A DNA stretch of 40,041 bases from Candidatus Hadarchaeia archaeon (GTDB taxonomy: Archaea > Hadarchaeota > Hadarchaeia > Hadarchaeales > JAGGTB01). Within the stretch, counting starts at the first letter, position 1. Each line of letters opens with the position of its first letter. Shown here piece by piece: positions 33,732 to 40,041 of this stretch. The notes beneath the pieces are model-generated. The model was not told where the DNA came from and made no database searches. It was given only the letters and a program-made list of their open reading frames with translations. Location of the stretch: the NCBI GenBank assembly GCA_046538535.1, contig JBKHIS010000002.1, positions 1-40,041 of the forward strand. Direction: 5' to 3'. The position numbers and the translations under genes were made by a program.

Positions 33732-35086
33732 AAAGCACTCCAGAAAAATTGGACGAAATAAAAAGAGGAAATCTGAGCGCTCTTGAAAACGTAGCAGAAC
33801 TCTTAGAAAGAATTGATGAGGAAAACGAAGAAATCAACGCGTATATAGAAATCAACGAGAAAGCTCGGGATCAAGCAAAAGAAGTCGATAGGAAAATCGA
33901 AAAGGGAGAGGCCGGAAAACTAGCCGGACTCGGAATAGGGATTAAGTCCAACATTAACGTTGAGGATCTCAGGGCAACATGTGCCTCCAAGACACTGGAA
34001 GACTACGTATCCACCTACGACGCAGCAGTTATCAAAAGAATAAAGGCTGAGGATGGGATAATCCTCGGAATGACCAACATGGATGAATTCGCCTGCGGTT
34101 CTTCCGGGGAAACAAGTTACTTTGGGCCCACTCAAAATCCCTCAGCAAAAGGTAGAATTCCTGGCGGATCCAGTTGCGGCAGCGCTGCGGCGGTGGCGGC
34201 CAATCTATGCGATCTCTCCTTAGGCTCGGACACCGGGGGATCAATCAGAAATCCCGCAAGCCACTGCGGCGTGGTAGGATTAAAGCCCACTTACGGCCTC
34301 GTACCTCGAGAAGGCCTCATAGATCTCGCGATGAGCCTAGACCAAATAGGGCCTTTCGCTCCAGATGTGGAGGGAGCTGCACTCCTAACAGAAGTCATAG
34401 CAGGAAAAAATCCAAATGAGGGGGTCATGCTGGACGTGGAATCCGTAAACTTGGAAGGGGATATCAAAAATGGTATTGAAGATATGAAAATAGGAACAAG
34501 CCCCAAGTTCAGGGAACTCACCGAAGATAAGATAATGAACACTATCGACAATTCGATAGATAAACTCGAGGATTTGGGTGCCGAAATTGTAGAGGTCGAA
34601 CTGCCAAATCTCGAAAAGGCGATGCCCACCTACTACCTCATAGTTTCCACGGAATTTTTCTCCGCTACTAGAAAGTTCGACGGACGGAGATACGGAAAGA
34701 ATATAGAGGATGTTTGCGGTGATGAAGTTCTGAGAAGAATCTTGCGGGGGAAGCACATCAGTAAAAAGGAATTCAGAGGACAGTACTATCAAAGGGCAAT
34801 TCAAATCAGAACACTGGTCAACAGAGAACTTTCGGCAGCGCTTGAAAAGGCCGATGTCCTAGTAGGACCCACCGTGCCCAAGCTTCCCCATGAGACAGGG
34901 ACGGATATCACACCTGCGGAAATGTACGCTTATGATTATCTTACAATCCCAGCAAATTTAGCTGGAATATGCGGAGGAGTTGTTCCGACGGGAGAAACGA
35001 AAAATATTCCCGTGGGCTTACATGTACAAGGAAGAAGACTTGACGAGGCCTCCGTACTAAGGGTGATGAAGGCACTCACGAGTTGA
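33722..35086 (+). CDS. gatA: Asp/Glu-tRNA amidotransferase subunit A
   Basis: The amidase signature GGSSCGSAAAVAA...GSDTGGSIRNPA. Confidence 0.9.
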   Translation: MGIESTPEKLDEIKRGNLSALENVAELLERIDEENEEINAYIEINEKARDQAKEVDRKIEKGEAGKLAGLGIGIKSNINVEDLRATCASKTLEDYVSTYDAAVIKRIKAEDGIILGMTNMDEFACGSSGETSYFGPTQNPSAKGRIPGGSSCGSAAAVAANLCDLSLGSDTGGSIRNPASHCGVVGLKPTYGLVPREGLIDLAMSLDQIGPFAPDVEGAALLTEVIAGKNPNEGVMLDVESVNLEGDIKNGIEDMKIGTSPKFRELTEDKIMNTIDNSIDKLEDLGAEIVEVELPNLEKAMPTYYLIVSTEFFSATRKFDGRRYGKNIEDVCGDEVLRRILRGKHISKKEFRGQYYQRAIQIRTLVNRELSAALEKADVLVGPTVPKLPHETGTDITPAEMYAYDYLTIPANLAGICGGVVPTGETKNIPVGLHVQGRRLDEASVLRVMKALTS

Positions 35087-35090
35087 TTTC

Positions 35091-36437
35091 ATGAAAATAG
35101 GTTTTGAGATCCACGAACAGCTGAACACAAAGCAAAAACTCTACTGTGACTGCCCAACCAATTATAGAGACTCTCCCCCCAATTCCAACACTTGTCCAGT
35201 TTGTACCGGTATGCCAGGTTCAAAGCCATATCCCACCAATAAAAAGGCTGTGGACTCAGCGATAGAGATCGCTTTGATGCTAAACTGCAACGTTGTCGTA
35301 GATGAACCCATTTACATACAGAGGAAACATTACGATTATCCCGATTTGCCGAGCGGATATCAAAGAACGAGCCTCCCCCTGGCCGCTGACGGAGAAATAA
35401 ACGGCGTAGGCATCCGCGAAGTCCACATAGAAGAGGACCCAGGTAAGTACGATCCTGAAAAGGGTATTGTTGATTTTAATCGAAGCGGAGTCCCACTCGT
35501 AGAGATTATAACCGATCCCGATATACAGTCACCGGAAGAGGCTAGAAACTTTCTCAAAACTCTCACTCGTGTGCTAGAATACACCGGAAAAATACGGCCC
35601 GAACCCAGTACAATGAGAATGGATACGAACATATCACTAGAGGGTGGAAATCGAGTAGAAATCAAAAACATAAATTCGATAAAGGGTGCCTTCAGGGCAA
35701 TAAAATACGAGGTAATGCGTCAAGAGCGACTGGAAGATGTTAAAAGGGAAACCAGAGCATATATGGAAAGCCAGATGATAACCGTTCCAATGCGATCCAA
35801 GGAACTGGCCGAAGATTACCGTTATATCCCAGATCCTGATCTATTCCCCCTTGAAATAGACGAGGCTTGGGTCGAAAATATAAGAAAAAAAATGCCAGAA
35901 GCACCTCACCTCAGAAAACAGCGAATCATAAGAGAGTACGAAATTGATCCTTCCGTCGCCGAAGTCTTGGTGAGCGAACAAGAGTTCATAGATCTCTTCG
36001 AAGAAGTCGCGAAAGAGGTGGACCCGGAATTTGCTTCTCACTGGTTCAAAGACAAACTGCGAAAGGTCCTCAACTATAAAGAGATGGAGCCAAGGGAAAT
36101 CCCCTTCACATCAAAAGAAATAATTGATCTTCTCAAAATGATCGAGGAAGAAAATATTACACCAGAACAAGGGGAAATGGTGCTCAGAGAGTTAATAGAA
36201 AAACCTCGAGACCCCTCAGAAATAGTTGAAGATTTAGAAATCAAGAAATTTAGCAAAAAAGATTTAAAAATAGCTGTCAAAAGAGCTCTGGACGAAAACC
36301 CAGAGGCAGTCAACGATTACAAAGAAGGAAAAAACGAAGCGCTAAACTTTCTAGCTGGACAAATTATGAAAATCACCGAGGGAAAAGCAGACGCAAGGGA
36401 AGCGATGGATCTTCTCCGAGAAGAACTAAATAAATGA
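35091..36437 (+). CDS. gatB: Asp/Glu-tRNA amidotransferase subunit B
   Basis: Motifs GFEIHEQLNT, CPVCTGMPGS, HIEEDPGK and the C-terminal LNFLAGQIMK. Confidence 0.9.
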   Translation: MKIGFEIHEQLNTKQKLYCDCPTNYRDSPPNSNTCPVCTGMPGSKPYPTNKKAVDSAIEIALMLNCNVVVDEPIYIQRKHYDYPDLPSGYQRTSLPLAADGEINGVGIREVHIEEDPGKYDPEKGIVDFNRSGVPLVEIITDPDIQSPEEARNFLKTLTRVLEYTGKIRPEPSTMRMDTNISLEGGNRVEIKNINSIKGAFRAIKYEVMRQERLEDVKRETRAYMESQMITVPMRSKELAEDYRYIPDPDLFPLEIDEAWVENIRKKMPEAPHLRKQRIIREYEIDPSVAEVLVSEQEFIDLFEEVAKEVDPEFASHWFKDKLRKVLNYKEMEPREIPFTSKEIIDLLKMIEEENITPEQGEMVLRELIEKPRDPSEIVEDLEIKKFSKKDLKIAVKRALDENPEAVNDYKEGKNEALNFLAGQIMKITEGKADAREAMDLLREELNK

Positions 36438-36456
36438 AACCTCAATCAGAGATATA

Positions 36457-37158
36457 ATGAATAATGAAGCCGTCAAAAAAATAACTTACTCGAAGATAAC
36501 CGCCTCATTCCCAAAGAGGGTTTTAGCCTGGCTTATCGATCAACTCATAATAGCCAGCATAATATTGGTCTATTATTTTGCCACTGGTACAGAAATCTTC
36601 ACATCAATTGAGGCAATGGAATCAAACCTTGTTGTCCTTACCGAACTTACAACCATTATTACACTCTCATACTTTACAATTTTAGAGGGATACTTCTCCC
36701 AAAGCATAGGGAAGAAAATCCTGAATCTAACCGTCATGGATGAAGAAGGACAAAAACCTGGATATTTAAGGTCCTTCGCTAGGAGAATAGGGCTTGTAAC
36801 ACCCCTCATCAATATTATTGATGCACTCGCCATTCTGCCCACGGACAAAAACCAACGAATTTTTGACATTTTATCAAGCACCCTCGTAATTGAGATAGAA
36901 AAAGAGGAAGAGGCCATAAATTTCTTGAGAACAGGGAAAACGCCAGAAAGCATCAAGTCAAGAACGAGCTACACGGAAAGCCCTGAATCCAATAAAAGCC
37001 TAGAGAAAAACATTAAAGGATTAGAGAAGGAAAAGAAAAAGCTGGAGAAAAAACTGGAAAACAGGAAAATAGACGAGGACAGGTACGAAAAGCTAAGAAA
37101 AAAGTACGAATCTAGAATCAAGGAACTAAAACAGAAAAAAGACAGAGAAAATCAATAA
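36457..37158 (+). CDS. RDD-family membrane protein with a Lys/Glu-rich coiled-coil tail
   Basis: FPKRVLAWLIDQLII plus TM segments, with the tail KKLEKKLENRKIDEDRYEKLRKKYESRIKELKQKK. Its 3' end overlaps ftsY by 7 nt, tail to tail. Confidence 0.65.
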   Translation: MNNEAVKKITYSKITASFPKRVLAWLIDQLIIASIILVYYFATGTEIFTSIEAMESNLVVLTELTTIITLSYFTILEGYFSQSIGKKILNLTVMDEEGQKPGYLRSFARRIGLVTPLINIIDALAILPTDKNQRIFDILSSTLVIEIEKEEEAINFLRTGKTPESIKSRTSYTESPESNKSLEKNIKGLEKEKKKLEKKLENRKIDEDRYEKLRKKYESRIKELKQKKDRENQ

Positions 37159-38063
37159 TCAGGGATTATATTATCCACTATAATCTCTGGATCAAATTCC
37201 ACCAAATCCTCGTACCCTTGACCAGTTCCAAGAAAGAGAATAGGCTTGCCCGTTTCATGAACGATAGACAATGTAGCCCCACCGCTCGCATCCGCATCCA
37301 TCTTTGTAAGTATGGACCCATCTATTTCAACCGTCTCCTCAAACTTGGAAGCCTGCTCAACCGCATCGTTACCAGTCAAAGCATCTCCCACAAAAATCGT
37401 AAGATCGGGATTGGAAACCCTACAGATTTTTTTCATCTCATCCATTAAATTGGCGTCCGTCTGCATCCTCCCCGCAGTATCAACAAGCACTACATCCAAA
37501 TCTTGTGCCTTCGCATGCTCAACCGCATCATAAGCAACTGCCGCTGCATCCGCTCCCCTTTCGTGCTTAATTACCCTAACGCCTAAATTATCGCCGTGTT
37601 CTTCAAGCTGCTCTATTCCCGCGGCCCTAAAAGTGTCCGAGGCAGCTAGAACAGGACGATAGTCTCTCTCCTTGAGATACTTCACTATCTTCGCTATGGT
37701 AGTGGTTTTTCCACATCCATTCACGCCCACAAAAACGAGTACTGCCGGTTCGCCACCCTCCACGTTCTCCTCAATGGTTTCAATAAAATCAGTCGCCTCC
37801 TCGGGTGAGAGAATTTCCCGTATAGATTCCTCAAGTATCTCAAACAGCCTCGACCTTGCATCCGCTCCAAGACTTCCTTTTTCGCCTTCAAACTCCTTTT
37901 CCACATCCCTCATTATTCTATCTGCTACAGATACAGCCACATCGCTTTCCAAAAGTTGTATTCTAAGATCCCACAGTATATCCTCTACATCCGTCGCCTT
38001 AAGCTCCCGCCCAGTCACCCGCTTGGCGGTTCTCTTGAACCTCTGCTTAAGATTATCGAACAT
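37152..38063 (-). CDS. ftsY: signal recognition particle receptor FtsY
   Basis: Motifs FVGVNGCGKTTTIAK, DTAGR, TKMD and GTGQ. Confidence 0.9.
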   Translation of the reverse strand: MFDNLKQRFKRTAKRVTGRELKATDVEDILWDLRIQLLESDVAVSVADRIMRDVEKEFEGEKGSLGADARSRLFEILEESIREILSPEEATDFIETIEENVEGGEPAVLVFVGVNGCGKTTTIAKIVKYLKERDYRPVLAASDTFRAAGIEQLEEHGDNLGVRVIKHERGADAAAVAYDAVEHAKAQDLDVVLVDTAGRMQTDANLMDEMKKICRVSNPDLTIFVGDALTGNDAVEQASKFEETVEIDGSILTKMDADASGGATLSIVHETGKPILFLGTGQGYEDLVEFDPEIIVDNIIPDY

Positions 38064-38074
38064 CTGAATTCCTT

Positions 38075-38533
38075 TTATTCAACTTTACCTTCACGGGCTT
38101 GCTGAGCACTCGCCATTAACCTCTGCGCCTTAGGTCTAAGTTCGCCGATTCTTTCTTTTAACTCATCCATCCTTTCCTCGTTTTCCTCTAAAATGTCATC
38201 AAGCTCTTTCTTTCTTCTCTGAAGAAGTTTTTTGGTCTTATCGTGGCTTTTCTCAGCAGTTAAATCCGCGCCAAGATCACAGAGTATTCTGTCAGAACTT
38301 TTTATATCGGCTGTAATGTATGACCCGGCTCCTATGGGAACCAAAATCTCAGTACCGTCATCAATATTTTCAAGTCTATCCACGGCTTCTATAGTATTCT
38401 CTAGCTCCTCTACTGAGGAGGACAATATCTCTCTCTGACTTTGAAGCTTCTCCAAATCATGCTGCGCTTGCCTTAACTCACCAATCACTTGCTGCACATT
38501 TTCTTCTTCATTTTTATGTGAATCTTCAGCCAT
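38075..38533 (-). CDS. pfdA: prefoldin alpha subunit
   Basis: Coiled coil, then ILVPIGAGSYI, then coiled coil. ATG 38533 has GAGGAG about 10 nt upstream. ATG 38551 is an alternative start. Confidence 0.8.
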   Translation of the reverse strand: MAEDSHKNEEENVQQVIGELRQAQHDLEKLQSQREILSSSVEELENTIEAVDRLENIDDGTEILVPIGAGSYITADIKSSDRILCDLGADLTAEKSHDKTKKLLQRRKKELDDILEENEERMDELKERIGELRPKAQRLMASAQQAREGKVE

Positions 38534-38540
38534 TCTATCT

Positions 38541-38768
38541 TTACTCCTCATCCATTTCTCTAATGTGTAAGTCCTCAGCTTCCTTCGGCTCTATCTCCTC
38601 GATATCCCGTATCTCGATCAAACTCCTCTTCACCGCATGCTTGCTTCCTAGTTCAGAGTACAAAAGTTCTTTGGCGCGCTCCTCGGAGTGGGTAGGTATC
38701 TCTTTGGTAAACTCCATCTTATTCTTCTTGAACCATCCTTTGATCCGAAATATCTTATCCATATTCAC
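38541..38768 (-). CDS. rplX: 50S ribosomal protein LX (L18Ae/L20A family)
   Basis: FRIKGWFKK...EERAKELLYSELGSKH, and its conserved position between eif6 and pfdA. Confidence 0.8.
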   Translation of the reverse strand: MNMDKIFRIKGWFKKNKMEFTKEIPTHSEERAKELLYSELGSKHAVKRSLIEIRDIEEIEPKEAEDLHIREMDEE

Positions 38769-38778
38769 ACACTCCTTT

Positions 38779-39441
38779 CTATATGAACCCTAAAGCGTTT
38801 TCAATCCTTCCCAACTCAGGACCAGTCGTAGTCTTGCCGACCAACGCTCCGTTCGAGTTAGCAAGCACACACGTCCCCACATACTTCGATCCTCCTGCCG
38901 CCGTGCCTATGTCTACATGAACGTCCAACAAATCCTCAACTATTTCGGCCTCACCCTCACTGGCCTCTACGTGCAAAAGCACCCCTTTGTTGGTCGCCAC
39001 TCCGGAAGCACCTACATTTTTCAGACCTGCAATCGTACTTTTTCTTACCGGAACTCCAAGGGCCTCTTCAATGAGTTCAGCGGAGTCCCGAGACAGATCC
39101 GGATTTATTATCGCTCCATTATCATTAGTTAAAACTTGATTTCCAAGCGCAGTTAATTTGCCCGGAATCCTTGTAACCTCGGCGTTCGTCTCTGTTGCGA
39201 GTTTTTTCTCGTCGGTATCAATGTGATCAGGTACTATAATACCATTTTTGTTTCCAGCCGAAAGGATTCCTATAAGAGAACTTTGGCTAATTACAGTCTC
39301 CACTGTTGGAACCTCAAGGACCTCCTTCACTTTCGGAGGTATCTTACCAAATCTGGAAGGTACAAGTAGTAAGTCGTCCGTAGCTAGACCAAAAGCCCCC
39401 AAATAGGGAATATGACTAAAGTTAAGCCGAGCAACATTCAT
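38779..39441 (-). CDS. eif6: translation initiation factor 6
   Basis: A 220-aa protein with repeated ...G..A..N..GALV-type segments, in the conserved L39e-L31e-aIF6-LX-PfdA-FtsY gene order. Confidence 0.85.
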   Translation of the reverse strand: MNVARLNFSHIPYLGAFGLATDDLLLVPSRFGKIPPKVKEVLEVPTVETVISQSSLIGILSAGNKNGIIVPDHIDTDEKKLATETNAEVTRIPGKLTALGNQVLTNDNGAIINPDLSRDSAELIEEALGVPVRKSTIAGLKNVGASGVATNKGVLLHVEASEGEAEIVEDLLDVHVDIGTAAGGSKYVGTCVLANSNGALVGKTTTGPELGRIENALGFI

Positions 39442-39453
39442 GTATACACCACT

Positions 39454-39714
39454 TTACTCAAGAGTGGAGGCCTCCACCACGTTATCGTCCCTCCTCTCGG
39501 CCTTAACTCTAATTTTTGATGGGGGTTTCTCTGCTCCTCTCCTCCAAATCTGCTCGTTTAAATCGGACTTTATACTCACATCAGTCGCGTTCATGTGATC
39601 CTTCAGAAAATCCTTTATCTCCTGCACGGCTTTAGCGGCCCTCTTACGCCTTTTCGCGCTCCTCACCCCTCTCAGGGGAATGGTATAAACTTGTTCCTCC
39701 TCCATTTCAATCAA
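39454..39714 (-). CDS. rpl31e: 50S ribosomal protein L31e
   Basis: YTIPLRGV...RRKRAAKAV and IRVKAERRDD. The start is TTG 39714 or ATG 39705. Confidence 0.85.
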   Translation of the reverse strand: MIEMEEEQVYTIPLRGVRSAKRRKRAAKAVQEIKDFLKDHMNATDVSIKSDLNEQIWRRGAEKPPSKIRVKAERRDDNVVEASTLE

Positions 39715-39715
39715 C

Positions 39716-39871
39716 CTAGGGCTTGATATTCTGTCTTCTCCAGTGCCTTCTCTTCGGATGGTGTCGGACCCTTCCCTCTGTTTTCGCCGTCACCCAGATA
39801 GGAACACGACGAGTCTGTTTCCCGGCCTTGGCAAGCTTTTTCTTGGTAGCCAGATCTTTATTTCTGGACAT
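39716..39871 (-). CDS. rpl39e: 50S ribosomal protein L39e (not in the supplied ORF track)
   Basis: My own translation gives [51 protein letters not shown], with AGGAGG upstream of ATG 39871. Confidence 0.85.
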   Translation of the reverse strand: MSRNKDLATKKKLAKAGKQTRRVPIWVTAKTEGRVRHHPKRRHWRRQNIKP

Positions 39872-39872
39872 A

Positions 39873-40041
39873 TCATTTCCTCCTTATATTTATCGATTTT
39901 TTATTATCCTGGAGCTTTTTCAAAATTTTCTTCAGCTGCTCGTCCGACAACGGAGTTTCCACTCTACCTGTTCTAGCTATCTGAATTAGTTGATTTTCAA
40001 CCCTCTCAGTGAATTTGGGTCTAGCCATTCTCAGATTGGAC
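39873..40041 (-). CDS. PDCD5-like dsDNA-binding protein (COG2118-like), 5'-truncated by the window edge
   Basis: The minus-strand frame is open to the window end and reads ...[44 protein letters not shown]..., with stop TGA at 39875-39873. This position upstream of rpl39e is the usual one. Confidence 0.6.
   Translation of the reverse strand, partial: SNLRMARPKFTERVENQLIQIARTGRVETPLSDEQLKKILKKLQDNKKSINIRRK

Overview
This is an archaeal core-chromosome segment. It is euryarchaeote-like and moderately AT-rich, uses GGAGGTG-type Shine-Dalgarno sites, and has many TTG/GTG starts and 4-nt start/stop overlaps. I can support about 50 protein genes. I found no rRNA, tRNA, CRISPR array, transposase, integrase or recognisable defence gene.

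Much of the window is housekeeping:
- Translation and protein targeting or folding: uS2, L7Ae-S28e-L24e, GltX, GatCAB, aIF5A, FtsY, prefoldin alpha, LX, aIF6, L31e, L39e.
- Isoprenoid synthesis: IPK, IDI-2, GGPP synthase.
- Central and cofactor metabolism: NadA, DeoC, an FGGY kinase, malic enzyme, PGK, a bacterial-type GAPDH.
- DNA-related enzymes: TatD, endonuclease V.

Four things are not routine:
1. Two metal/Fe-S-flavoured islands sit at 0-6.2 kb and 17.9-25.6 kb. They share paralog pairs (RGG zinc-ribbon mini-proteins, DUF89 proteins). The second island packs three NifX-like genes, a DUF5320-like gene, an Mrp ATPase and two MinD-ferredoxin ATPases. This is a conserved neighbourhood with no assigned function that I know of.
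2. Gene decay is concentrated in those islands: one nonsense plus frameshift pseudogene, two single-base frameshifts, and one heavily eroded radical-SAM relic. The surrounding housekeeping genes are intact.
3. An identical 31-nt direct repeat lies in the two intergenic regions flanking nfi-aIF5A.
4. A 1.3 kb stretch (6585-7884) has no intact ORF but holds an inverted repeat and a GC-rich stem-loop.

All calls come from reading motifs by eye. No database or HMM search was possible, so family names are recognition-level assignments.
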